Shown here in pieces: positions 50,708 through 61,501 of a DNA stretch of 64,000 nucleotides (positions are counted from its first letter, which is position 1; each line of letters starts with the position of its first letter). Origin of the DNA: an uncultured Chloroflexia bacterium (GTDB lineage Bacteria; Chloroflexota; Limnocylindria; Limnocylindrales; CSP1-4); NCBI GenBank assembly GCA_963713975.1, contig OY970218.1, positions 3,328,001-3,392,000 on the forward strand, read 5' to 3'. The notes below the pieces were generated by a model that made no database searches, was not told the origin of the DNA, and worked only from the letters and a program-made list of their open reading frames with translations. Position numbers and translations under genes: made by a program.

Positions 50708-51568
50708 ATGCCAGTCCTCGACGACCTCTGGGACTTCGACGATCCCGCGACATCGGAGGCGCGCTTCCGGGCGGCGATCGAGGCGGCCGGTGCCTCCGGT
50801 GATCCCGCGGCAGCCGATGAGGCCCGTACGCAGCTGGCGCGGTCGATGGGTCTCCAGGGCCGGTTCGACGAGGGCCATGCAACCCTGGACCGGGTGGATG
50901 CCGATCACCCGGCCGAGGACCGGATCCGCGTGCGGTCACGCCTGGAGCGCGGCAGGCTCCTGCGGTCGGGCGATGACGTGCCCGCCTCCATCGCCCCGTT
51001 CGAAGCAGCGTGGGAGCTGGCGCGGGCGCTCGGCCAGGACGGACTGGCCGTCGACGCCGCCCACATGCTGGCCATCGTCGATGCTCCGCCCGGCGAGCCG
51101 GTCTGGCACCCGCGGGCGCTCGAGCTGGCCGACGCATCGCCCGACCCGGCCGCCCGCAAGTGGCGCGGCAGCCTGTGGAACAACATCGGCTGGGCACGCT
51201 TCGAGACTGGCGATCTCGCCGGTGCGATGGCCGCCTTCGAGACGGCCCTCGCCGCGCGCCGCGAGCAGGGCCAGCCCAGGGAGACCCGGGTCGCGCAGTG
51301 GTGCGTCGCCCGCTGCCTGCGCGCGCAGGGCCGTCCGGCCGAGGCGCTGGCGATCCTGCAACGACTGGTCGCCGAGACGGCGGCTGCCGGCGATCCGGAG
51401 GACGGGTACGGGACCGAGGAGATCGGCGAGTGCCTGCTGGCGATGGGTCGCGAGGAGGACGCACGGCCGTACTTCGCGCGGGCCGCGGAGATGCTCGGCG
51501 CCGATGCCTCGCTTGCGGAGCACGAACCGGACAGGATCACCCGCCTCCGGGACCTGGGCCGGGGCTGA
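50708..51568 (+). CDS. Tetratricopeptide repeat protein
   Basis: LWDFDDPA.SE.RF, TQLAR..GLQ.RF, DAAHMLAI, NNIGW, EEIGECL. Confidence 0.85.
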   Translation: MPVLDDLWDFDDPATSEARFRAAIEAAGASGDPAAADEARTQLARSMGLQGRFDEGHATLDRVDADHPAEDRIRVRSRLERGRLLRSGDDVPASIAPFEAAWELARALGQDGLAVDAAHMLAIVDAPPGEPVWHPRALELADASPDPAARKWRGSLWNNIGWARFETGDLAGAMAAFETALAARREQGQPRETRVAQWCVARCLRAQGRPAEALAILQRLVAETAAAGDPEDGYGTEEIGECLLAMGREEDARPYFARAAEMLGADASLAEHEPDRITRLRDLGRG

Positions 51569-51623
51569 GCCGGCGCCACCTGCGCGCGTAGGATCCCGCG
51601 CGCAGGATCCCGCGCGCCGGATC

Positions 51624-52190
51624 TCAGCCGTGCCCGCTCCCCCGTGCCCCTTCCAGGATCCCCCGGATGATGGCCGCCTGCTCGCGTGCGTCGTCCAGCG
51701 CCCCGTGCGTGTGCGGCAGCGACACCGGATACCGCTCGATCATGTCCATCCGTGAGGTTCGAGCCCAGCTGTCCACCTCCGCCAGGTGCCGGCCGAGATA
51801 GAGCGCCTTGATATCGATCGCGCTGTGCCCCAGCGGGTTCCGACCCAGGTGCCGCCAGAACGCGTCGGCGATGAACATCCAGTCGAACGGGGCGTTGAGC
51901 GCCACCATCACCGGGCGCGAACCGGGCGGGACCACCTGGGCCAGCCACGCATCGAGCGCAAACATGGCCGCTGCCGGGTCCAGCCCCTCACGCTCCAGGG
52001 TGGTGCGATCCAGCCCATGGATCCGCTCGGCCTCCGCCTGCCAGGGGAGCCCGGGCTCGGGGCGCAGGCGCAGCTCGATCCCCCGCTCCGAATCGTCAAT
52101 CGGGCAGGCGCCGATGGACAGGAGGCTTCCAGTGTGCGGCGTGGGCCCCGACGTCTCGACGTCGATGCTGATCCAGGTCTCCACGGCCAT
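51624..52190 (-). CDS. DEDDh 3'-5' exonuclease (DnaQ-like)
   Basis: IDVETSG (ExoI), NAPFD (ExoII), HGALDDA (ExoIII). Confidence 0.9.
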   Translation of the reverse strand: MAVETWISIDVETSGPTPHTGSLLSIGACPIDDSERGIELRLRPEPGLPWQAEAERIHGLDRTTLEREGLDPAAAMFALDAWLAQVVPPGSRPVMVALNAPFDWMFIADAFWRHLGRNPLGHSAIDIKALYLGRHLAEVDSWARTSRMDMIERYPVSLPHTHGALDDAREQAAIIRGILEGARGSGHG

Positions 52191-52296
52191 CGGCCTCCCT
52201 CGCGGCTTCCCCCGTGGCCGATACTAGCGAGGACCGGGACCTCGGGGGGTGCCGGCGGCGTCGTTGCCGGCCGATCGGTGGCGAGAGGTGCGACTG

Positions 52297-53649
52297 ATGG
52301 CGACGGGCAAACCGGACACGGAAGGCGGCCACGAGGACCGTGCGGCGGCCCTGGGGGACATCATGGCGTCTGCGGCGCGCCTGGGCGTGGAGCTCGACGA
52401 GGCCGAGGCCGCCGAGTGGATCGCGGCTCTCGAGGTGGAGTCCACCGGTGGAGACGTGGTCGTCGACGTGGACAGCGGCATCTTCGGCCACCGGGTCTCC
52501 ATGCTGGACTTCACGCCGCAGGATCTCGCCCGGTTCCGTGCCGTTGGTGAGATCGTGGGCTTCGCGGACCGTCCGCCGGAAGTGCGGACGGCCCTCGCGC
52601 TGTCCGGCTCCGCCGCCCAGGGCAAGGTCCAGGCCTTCCCGGGCGACTGCGACTACTTCGAGCGCATCCACATCACGGCACCCACTCGGGCCGAGGCCTG
52701 CACGATCCTCGCCCGGGAGATGCGGGCAAAGGCGATGGACACCCGCGTGGGACCCTCGTATCGGCTGTGGGAGGTCAAGTTCGGCGGCTACCCCTTCGAC
52801 GGCCAGCGAGACGACAAGCCTGCCCGCAAGGGTGCTCCTATCTCCTGGTCGGCCGACGAGGTCGCGGCCGGTGCCGTCATGGTGGTCCGCGACGGCGAAC
52901 CGGTGACGGTGACCTGGGACGAGGTGGCCGGCGAGCCGGGCTGGTGCAAGCTTGACTGGATCGTGGCGGACCCGGAGCGCCGCGCCCTGGCCAACGCGAG
53001 CAACATGCTCGACGTGACGTGGGAGGCGCCCGATGGCGAGATCACGCCGCTCGACGGATTCGTGGACCCCTACTTCCAGGAGGTCTACCTCGAGCCCGAG
53101 TCCCTGCCCCTGTTCCAGAAGCTGATCGGCGAGCTGGCCACGGACTCCGTGGAGGTGTACGTCTCGCAGCTGGAGCACGAGGTCGTCAAGTACGCGACCA
53201 AGGATGTCAGCTGGGGCAAGGTCGCCCGCCGGCTGTACAACATCTTCCGACTCACGGGCCGCTATCCCGAGGCCGCCTACCTGCGTGAGCTGTTCGATGA
53301 GCCGACCACGGTCCTGTACCAGGTTGCCGCCCTCGTGCGCACCCTCGACGAGGCCGATCGCCCCGGCGCCGAGTTCGAGACCGAGATGATGCTCCGCCAG
53401 ACGGACGAGCTCATCATGTCGGCGGTCCAGGCGCTGGAAGGCCGCAGCGAGGCCGAGATGGTCCGCCATCTCCTCGCGCTTCGCGACAACATCCAGGCCC
53501 GCCACGGGACCGCCGGACGGATCGACGATGTGAGCGGGGTGAAGGAGCGGGCGATGGAGGCCGTCAACGAGTACTTCGAGCACCGGTTGTTCGAGGTCCC
53601 ATCGATCAAGGCCTACGTGGTCGGGCTGGTGGCCGCCTCCGCCCCCTGA
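52297..53649 (+). CDS. Putative Pol-beta superfamily nucleotidyltransferase with helical C-terminal domain
   Basis: LSGS-x10-DCD motif (GSAAQGKVQAFPGDCDYFE); third Asp candidate in CKLDWI. Confidence 0.65.
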   Translation: MATGKPDTEGGHEDRAAALGDIMASAARLGVELDEAEAAEWIAALEVESTGGDVVVDVDSGIFGHRVSMLDFTPQDLARFRAVGEIVGFADRPPEVRTALALSGSAAQGKVQAFPGDCDYFERIHITAPTRAEACTILAREMRAKAMDTRVGPSYRLWEVKFGGYPFDGQRDDKPARKGAPISWSADEVAAGAVMVVRDGEPVTVTWDEVAGEPGWCKLDWIVADPERRALANASNMLDVTWEAPDGEITPLDGFVDPYFQEVYLEPESLPLFQKLIGELATDSVEVYVSQLEHEVVKYATKDVSWGKVARRLYNIFRLTGRYPEAAYLRELFDEPTTVLYQVAALVRTLDEADRPGAEFETEMMLRQTDELIMSAVQALEGRSEAEMVRHLLALRDNIQARHGTAGRIDDVSGVKERAMEAVNEYFEHRLFEVPSIKAYVVGLVAASAP

Positions 53650-53673
53650 TCCACGCGTGCGCTCCGTCGCCTC

Positions 53674-54945
53674 TCAGCTCAGGTAGCGCAGCCAGAGGTA
53701 GCCGGTCGAGATCACCAGCGACACGAGCACCACCACCGAGCCGTACTTCAGGAACTCGACGAAGCGGATCGGATGGCCGGACCGAGCCGCGAGGTTGGCG
53801 ACGACCACGTTCGCCGATGCGCCCACGATGGTCAGGTTGCCGCCCAGGCACGCGCCCAGCGCCAGCGACCACCACAGGGGCTCGATGTCCATGCCTGTCT
53901 GCCCCAGCCGCTCGACCACCGGGATCGCCGTGGCGGTGTACGGGATGTTGTCGACGATGGCGGAGGCGATGGCGGAGAACCAGAGCAGGCCGATGGTGGC
54001 GGCCTCCGGCTGGCCTGCCGAGGCCTGGGCGAGCTGGTCGGCGAAGCCGCCGACGATCCCGGTCTGGACGATCCCCTCGACGAGGATGAACAGCCCGACG
54101 AAGAAGAACAGCGTCGACCACTCGATCTCCCGCAGGGTCCGGTGCGGGTCGAGCTTGGCCACCAGCATCAGCACCGTCGCTCCCAGCAGGGCGATGGTCG
54201 CGGGCTCCACCCCGATGGCCGAATGGATCAGGAACCCGAAGATCGTGGCGCCGGCGACGATCAGCGAGCGGATCAGGAGCCCGCGATCCTGGATCACGTT
54301 CTCCTCCTGCCGCTCGAGGGCCGCCTCCCGGCGTTCGTCGGGTACCTGGAGCGCGCCCTTGAACGCGATGCGGACGATGACGACGAAGGCGAGGAAGACG
54401 AGGACGGTGACCGGCCCGAGGTTGAGCAGGAACTCGCCGAACCCCAGGCCGGCCGCCGAGCCGATCAGGATGTTGGGCGGGTCGCCGATGAGGGTCGCGG
54501 TGCCGCCGATGTTCGAGGCGAGGATGCCGGAGATCAGGTAGGGCATCGGAGACACGTCGAGCCGCCGCGCGATCGAGAGCGTGATCGGCGTCATGAGCAC
54601 CACCGTCGTCACGTTGTCGAGGAACGCGGACAGGACGGCGGTCACGGTCGCCAGGATCAGGAGCAGCCGGATGGGATGGCCGCGGGACAGCGCCACGGAT
54701 CGGATCGCCAGCAGCTCGAAGAAGCCCGTCTTGGCGAGGACCGACGCGATCACCATCATCCCCGCCAGCAGGAAGATGACGTTGAGGTCGATCGCCGCGA
54801 ACGCCTCGTGCTGGTCGAGGATCCCGAAGGCGACCATGAGCAGGCCGCCGAGCAGCGCGATGAGGGTGCGATCCCACCGCTCGAGCGCGATCAGCACATA
54901 GGCGACGACGAAGATCGCCGCTGCGACCCAGGCATCCATGCTCAC
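53674..54945 (-). CDS. ArsB/NhaD/SLC13-family anion permease
   Basis: SAFLDNVTTV, SNIGGTATLIGDPPN, DNIPY, GACLGGN.T..GASAN. Confidence 0.9.
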   Translation of the reverse strand: MSMDAWVAAAIFVVAYVLIALERWDRTLIALLGGLLMVAFGILDQHEAFAAIDLNVIFLLAGMMVIASVLAKTGFFELLAIRSVALSRGHPIRLLLILATVTAVLSAFLDNVTTVVLMTPITLSIARRLDVSPMPYLISGILASNIGGTATLIGDPPNILIGSAAGLGFGEFLLNLGPVTVLVFLAFVVIVRIAFKGALQVPDERREAALERQEENVIQDRGLLIRSLIVAGATIFGFLIHSAIGVEPATIALLGATVLMLVAKLDPHRTLREIEWSTLFFFVGLFILVEGIVQTGIVGGFADQLAQASAGQPEAATIGLLWFSAIASAIVDNIPYTATAIPVVERLGQTGMDIEPLWWSLALGACLGGNLTIVGASANVVVANLAARSGHPIRFVEFLKYGSVVVLVSLVISTGYLWLRYLS

Positions 54946-55033
54946 GGGAGCCACCCCTCGGTGGGCGTGGGGCGGGATCTCGTGGCACGGGCCGCGAAAG
55001 ACCGGCGCCGGGCATCAGGGAGACGGGGGCGCG

Positions 55034-55117
55034 TCAGCAATCCGGTCCGTCGCCGGCCGCCACCACCAGCGGCGCGCGCCCGCAGGGCACCGCGTTCATC
55101 GTCTCCAGGATCTTCAC
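55034..55117 (-). CDS. Candidate leaderless 27-aa leader peptide MKILETMNAVPCGRAPLVVAAGDGPDC
   Basis: TATTCT (55125-55130) 7 nt before GTG; nearly all codons end in G or C; upstream of the permease. Confidence 0.5.
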   Translation of the reverse strand: MKILETMNAVPCGRAPLVVAAGDGPDC

Positions 55118-55183
55118 GGGCCCAAGAATACCCGGAGCGGCGACCACGACCGCCGGTCGCCTACGGGCTGAACTCAGGGGAAG

Positions 55184-55258
55184 TGGCTCCGGCGGTAGGA
55201 TTCGAACCTACGACCAAGTGATTAACAGTCACCCGCTCTACCACTGAGCTACGCCGGA
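55184..55258 (-). tRNA. trnN: tRNA-Asn (GTT)
   Basis: TCCGGCGTAGCTCAGTGGTAGAGCGGGTGACT-GTT-AATCAC...GGTTCGAATCC...CCGGAGCCA. Confidence 0.97.
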
Positions 55259-55399
55259 GCGAGGAAGCCGGCCGGGGCCGTCTTCGGGAGCGCCGTCGCG
55301 GCGCCGCGGGTGAGAATAGCAGGACCCCGGGCCGCCATGCCGCAATGCTAGGGCTCGCCGCCGCTGCGGGACCTCCCCGGCGACCCTAGACTCAAGGCC

Positions 55400-56245
55400 A
55401 TGAGCCTGATCTCCCCGGACGAGCTGCTCGCGCGGCTCGGTGACCCCACGCTCCGGATCTGCGACGTGCGCTGGTGGCTCACCGATCCGGGCAAGGGGCG
55501 CCGCGATTACGCCGCCGCCCACCTCGCGGGCGCGGTCTTCGTGGACGCCGACCGGGACCTTGTGGCTCCAGTGGGTCCAGGCCGCCATCCCCTCCCCTCC
55601 CCGGCCGAGTTCGCACGGCGGATGGAGCAGCTGGGCATCGGCGACAACAGCGACGTGGTCGCCTATGACGACGCGGGTGGAACGATCGCGGCCCGCCTGT
55701 GGTGGATGCTGGACGACCTTGGCCACGCAAGGGTGCGGGTGCTCGATGGCGGGATCGAGGCGTGGGTGGCGGCCGGCGGCGCGTTGACGGACGAGGTCCC
55801 GGCCACCCGGCCCGGCCGGCTGACCCTGCGAACGGCGTGGACCCGGACCATCGACCGCGAGGCGCTGGTGCCCCGCCTGATCGCCGCGGACATCGCGCTG
55901 ACCGACGCGCGGGCCCCCGAGCGCTACCGCGGCGAAGTGGAGCCCGTGGATCCCGTGCCCGGCCACATCCCGGGCGCCGTCAGCCGGCCCACCGCCGGCA
56001 ACCTGGGGCCAGACGGGCGGTTCCTGCCGCCAGATGCCCTCCGCGGCCGGTTCGCCGACCTGGGGCTGCAGGTCGCGGTTGCCTGTGGGTCGGGCATCAA
56101 CGCCTGCCACAACGCGCTCGCTATGCGGATCGCGGGCCTGCCGGATCCCCTGCTCTACCCCGGGTCATACAGCGATTGGGCGACGGCCGGGATGCCGATT
56201 GCGACCGGCGATGCGCCCGGAAGGCTGTACCGGGAGCCCGGATAG
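55400..56245 (+). CDS. sseA: Tandem-rhodanese sulfurtransferase
   Basis: GRHPLP, AARLWW, LDGG, DAR..ERY.GE, GHIPGA, CGSG, YPGSYSDW. Confidence 0.92.
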   Translation: MSLISPDELLARLGDPTLRICDVRWWLTDPGKGRRDYAAAHLAGAVFVDADRDLVAPVGPGRHPLPSPAEFARRMEQLGIGDNSDVVAYDDAGGTIAARLWWMLDDLGHARVRVLDGGIEAWVAAGGALTDEVPATRPGRLTLRTAWTRTIDREALVPRLIAADIALTDARAPERYRGEVEPVDPVPGHIPGAVSRPTAGNLGPDGRFLPPDALRGRFADLGLQVAVACGSGINACHNALAMRIAGLPDPLLYPGSYSDWATAGMPIATGDAPGRLYREPG

Positions 56246-56248
56246 GCG

Positions 56249-56575
56249 CTACGCCGCTCGAGGATCCTGGCCGCGGGCCCACACCCGCAGGACCAGCAGC
56301 TGCACGACGGCCACGAGCAGCGCCGCCGCGAAGCCGATCGCGATGTCTCCCAGGAGCGCCACCTGGAACCCGAACAGCCCGATCTCCGGGCCAACGACGA
56401 GTCCCAGCTTGTGCCCGATCACGTAGAACGCCCCGAAGCTCGCGAGGATCGGCAGCGGGTACGCAGCGAGGCCCCGGGGGCCGCCCCAGCGCGCGACCAG
56501 GCGCACCGCCAGGATGCCGACCAACGCGGAGCACAGCAGGAACAGCGAGACCAGAGCGTAGGCTTGCGGCGGCAT
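56249..56575 (-). CDS. Small three-TM hypothetical protein
   Basis: Hydrophobic ORF, leaderless after TAGGAT. Confidence 0.65.
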   Translation of the reverse strand: MPPQAYALVSLFLLCSALVGILAVRLVARWGGPRGLAAYPLPILASFGAFYVIGHKLGLVVGPEIGLFGFQVALLGDIAIGFAAALLVAVVQLLVLRVWARGQDPRAA

Positions 56576-56609
56576 GGCCCGATCCTAGCCCGGATCCGCG
56601 CGCCGGGCG

Positions 56610-58985
56610 TCAGCGGCGGCCGCGCACCTTCGCCGAGACGTAGCTGCGATTGCCGGCCGCGTCCACAGCGCGCACGTAGTAGCGGGCGCCCCTGACGGTG
56701 TAGATGCGGATCTTCGAGACCTTGGTGACCGCCACCGGCCTCGAGCGGCCCGCCCGGTAGACGTAGTACTTGGCGACCTTGACGTTGTCCACCGACGACG
56801 ACCAGTCGAACTTCACGTAGGCGCCGGACCTCGACACCCTGTGGAAGGACTTCGGCGTGCTGGGTCGGGCGGTGTCGGCGAGCGTCTTGACGGTGATCAC
56901 CGCGGTGGGACCGACGTGGCCGCCCGCGTCGAGCGCTGCGACGGTGTACGCGTAGCTCGTCCGCGGTGCCCGTGCGGTGTCCTTCCAGGTGAGCGTCGAC
57001 GGGGTGGCCACCACGGTCCCGTTTCGGGTCACGCGATAGCCCACCACCCCGACGTCATCGGTCGCCGCCGTCCAGGCCAGCGACACGGTGGTCGTCGTGA
57101 CGGTTCCGCTGACCTCGTCGGGGGCCGTCGGGGCCTGGCTGTCGCTCGGCGGCGGGCTGGTGGGGCCGGGCGTCGGGGTTGCCGTTGGCGCAGGCGTCGC
57201 GGTCGGCGCAGCCGTCGGGCTTGCGGTCGGAGTCGGACTGGCCGTCGCGGTGGCGGTCGGTGCAGGCGTAGGCGTCGGGCTTGCCGTCGGGGTCGGACTG
57301 GCCGTCGCACCCGGTGTCGGCGTCGGGTTCGCAACGACGGGAACGGTCACCGGCACCGACACCGCAGGCCCGAGGTTGGTCGAGGTGTCGACGGCCGCGA
57401 CGGTGTAGGCGTACGAGGCGCCAGCGGCAACCGAGACGTCCGTCCAGGACGTCGCGCCCGCCGCGGTCGTGGCGAGCGTCGTGCCGTCACGGCTGATCCG
57501 GTACCCCGCGATCGCGACGTTGTCGCTGGCCGACGTCCAGCCGAGCGTCACCGATGCCGGTGTGCCCGTCCACGTGACGTTCCCGGGGGCCGTCGGCGCG
57601 ATCCCCTCACGGACGCGGACCAGGATCCCGTCCGCGTCGATGGACATCGGGGTGATCGAGATCGTCGACACCGGGTCGGTCATCGTGCTGCCGACCTGGA
57701 GCGGTGCGTCCTTGAGGTCTGCCGTGGCGGGCGTGCTGTCGAGGAGGAGCGTGGCCAAGGGCGACCCCGTCGGACTGGCCGTGCCCCTGCCGATGCGGAC
57801 GGTCACGCCAACGACCGCGGGCGAGCCCACGGCATAGGTGTCGAACGAGCCATACGGCGTCCTGATGTCAAGGTCGAAGTACGTGCCGTCGCCGCGCGGG
57901 ATCTGCACCAGCCGCAGGCCGCTGGAGCCGAAGTACGGGGCGATCGTGTAGGTGTTGCCGGGCACGCCGATCACCTTCTCGGCCGCATCCAGCCAGCCCA
58001 GCTCGCCGAGGTGGGAGGCGTGGTTGTGGCGCAGCGCGTTGTTGCCCATCGTGGAGAAGGGATCCGCGTAGCCCACCTCGGTGCACTCTGTGGTGGCCGC
58101 GATCATCACGCGCGTCCCACCACTGACGCAGTAGTCGGCGTTCGAGTGGGCCAGGCCGAAGTTGTGGCCAACCTCGTGGGTCATGACCTGGACGCTGAGC
58201 GTCCCGTTGAGATAGCTGTACCGGCCGGGCACGTACCCCAGGCCGGCCCAGACGCACTGGCTGGTGTAGGGAAAGACGAACATCACGTTGGTGTAGGCGG
58301 CCAGGTTGGCACCCGCGGCGTTGGCGGCGTTCCAGGCCAGCGTGTGCCACGACTGCCAACCGCAGCCGGTGGTAACCGCGTCGATCGTGTACCAGCCGAA
58401 CACCGCCCCGGTCGTCGTCAGGCGGCCCTTCGACTCCTCCTCGTAGTAGCGCTTGAAGCTCGTGGAGCTGTTGAGCAGCGCGTCCTCGACGGAGGCCTTC
58501 GTGAATGGCTGGGTGGTGAGGTTCGAGAAGTTGAACATCACGACCGCGAAGCTCTTCGCGACAGGGTTGGTGAGGGCCTCCACCGTGCCCTCGGAGGTCG
58601 TCCCGCCCGCGAGGGGCACGCTGCCGGTCTCCGTCTCCCATGCGCCCAGCACCGGGGTCTTCGCCCGCTGGCGGATCCTGAGGCCGTGGCCCGGCGCGGC
58701 CGACGCGACCCTGAGGGCGCCGCGAACCCGGGTGCCGGTGACCGACACGCGGGAACCCGCTAGTTCGCGCGGGCTCCCGGACGCGAACTCCAAGGGCGTG
58801 ATGACCGGTCCGGAGCGCAGCGTGTGCACGAAGTGGTCCCGACCGTCGCCCATCTCCACCTGGGCCGTCTCGATGGTCCCCGTGAGGGTCTCCTCAGCGG
58901 CCCCACCGGCGGTGACGGCGGAGACCGGGGCCGCGAATATCGCGGCGAGGACGAGGGCAGGCAGGACCTGCAAGGACGGGCGCAT
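56610..58985 (-). CDS. Secreted M11/gametolysin-like metalloprotease with PT linker and three Fn3 domains
   Basis: Signal peptide; HEVGHNFGLAH (HExxHxxGxxH), YADPFSTMG; DNV/DDV..Y.V.R and Y.V.A.D..GN Fn3 motifs. Confidence 0.85.
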   Translation of the reverse strand: MRPSLQVLPALVLAAIFAAPVSAVTAGGAAEETLTGTIETAQVEMGDGRDHFVHTLRSGPVITPLEFASGSPRELAGSRVSVTGTRVRGALRVASAAPGHGLRIRQRAKTPVLGAWETETGSVPLAGGTTSEGTVEALTNPVAKSFAVVMFNFSNLTTQPFTKASVEDALLNSSTSFKRYYEEESKGRLTTTGAVFGWYTIDAVTTGCGWQSWHTLAWNAANAAGANLAAYTNVMFVFPYTSQCVWAGLGYVPGRYSYLNGTLSVQVMTHEVGHNFGLAHSNADYCVSGGTRVMIAATTECTEVGYADPFSTMGNNALRHNHASHLGELGWLDAAEKVIGVPGNTYTIAPYFGSSGLRLVQIPRGDGTYFDLDIRTPYGSFDTYAVGSPAVVGVTVRIGRGTASPTGSPLATLLLDSTPATADLKDAPLQVGSTMTDPVSTISITPMSIDADGILVRVREGIAPTAPGNVTWTGTPASVTLGWTSASDNVAIAGYRISRDGTTLATTAAGATSWTDVSVAAGASYAYTVAAVDTSTNLGPAVSVPVTVPVVANPTPTPGATASPTPTASPTPTPAPTATATASPTPTASPTAAPTATPAPTATPTPGPTSPPPSDSQAPTAPDEVSGTVTTTTVSLAWTAATDDVGVVGYRVTRNGTVVATPSTLTWKDTARAPRTSYAYTVAALDAGGHVGPTAVITVKTLADTARPSTPKSFHRVSRSGAYVKFDWSSSVDNVKVAKYYVYRAGRSRPVAVTKVSKIRIYTVRGARYYVRAVDAAGNRSYVSAKVRGRR

Positions 58986-59204
58986 GTGGCTCCTTGGCTC
59001 CTGGACGGCACACGCGTGGCGTGCATCCGAAGCGTCGGTCCCCGTGGCGCGCGATGGCATCGCCCGGGTTGTTCATCTGCGCTCGGTCAATGGTCCCGGT
59101 GCGGTGCGGGCACGCGCCAGCGCCGGATCCTGTGCGGTCGGGTCGAGGGTGGTTGGGGCCGGATGTGGCCGATCCGGCCCAGGTTCAGCAGGCGGCCCGA
59201 GGCG

Positions 59205-59561
59205 TCAGGCGCCCGCGGGCTCCTCGGGCTGGACGGCACCCACGGCGTCGTCCGCGGCGTCGGCAACGGTCCCCGCGGCGTCGTCCGCGGCGGCGGCCAG
59301 GTCCCCCGCCACGTCCCCGGCATCACCGGAGACGGATGCGGTGAGATCGCGCACCTGGGCGATCCGGGTGTCGAGCTGCACCTGCATCTCGGCAACCGCC
59401 GATTCGACCCTCGCGCCAAGCGCGTCGAGGTCGCCCTTGCTGATCTCCGAGCGGACCTCCTCGAACACCTCGCGAAGATCACGGCCGGTCTGGACCGAGT
59501 ACGCGACGGCACCCACGGCGCCGATCACCAGCCCGCTGAGGAACCCTACGACGACCTTCAT
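59205..59561 (-). CDS. YtxH-like small membrane protein
   Basis: GFLSGLVIGAVGA...TGRDLRE; Ala/Asp-rich tail; SD GGAGG. Confidence 0.7.
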   Translation of the reverse strand: MKVVVGFLSGLVIGAVGAVAYSVQTGRDLREVFEEVRSEISKGDLDALGARVESAVAEMQVQLDTRIAQVRDLTASVSGDAGDVAGDLAAAADDAAGTVADAADDAVGAVQPEEPAGA

Positions 59562-59677
59562 GCTGCTTCCTCCTTGGTGGCACCCAGCTCGACGGGCCCC
59601 CGCGTATGGCTCAAGGATACGCCCGAACGCCGCAGGCCCCGGCCGGGCCGGGTCGTTCCGGCTTGTGCGCCTGCGGT

Positions 59678-61417
<1,740 letters not shown>

Positions 61418-61501
61418 GTCAGCGGGTCCTCCGAGTGGTGGGGCGCGGTGCGATGGGACGCATCCGTGGATGGATTGGGTGGGTGATCGAGGATCGGCCG
61501 G

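Noticed and set aside
51590-51622. 14-bp tandem AGGATCCCGCGCGC x2 between convergent genes
   Set aside because: Too short; likely a slippage duplication.
48676-55195. Possible island integrated at tRNA-Asn (GGCTCCGGCG at about 48676 matches the tRNA 3' end)
   Set aside because: Only a 10-bp GC-rich match, with no integrase and no clear compositional break.
57150-57335. Repeats in the metalloprotease gene
   Set aside because: Ordinary Pro/Thr/Ala linker (TPTASP) coding repeats.
58990-59200. Possible riboswitch upstream of the secreted protease
   Set aside because: No c-di-GMP, c-di-AMP or other recognisable consensus found by eye.
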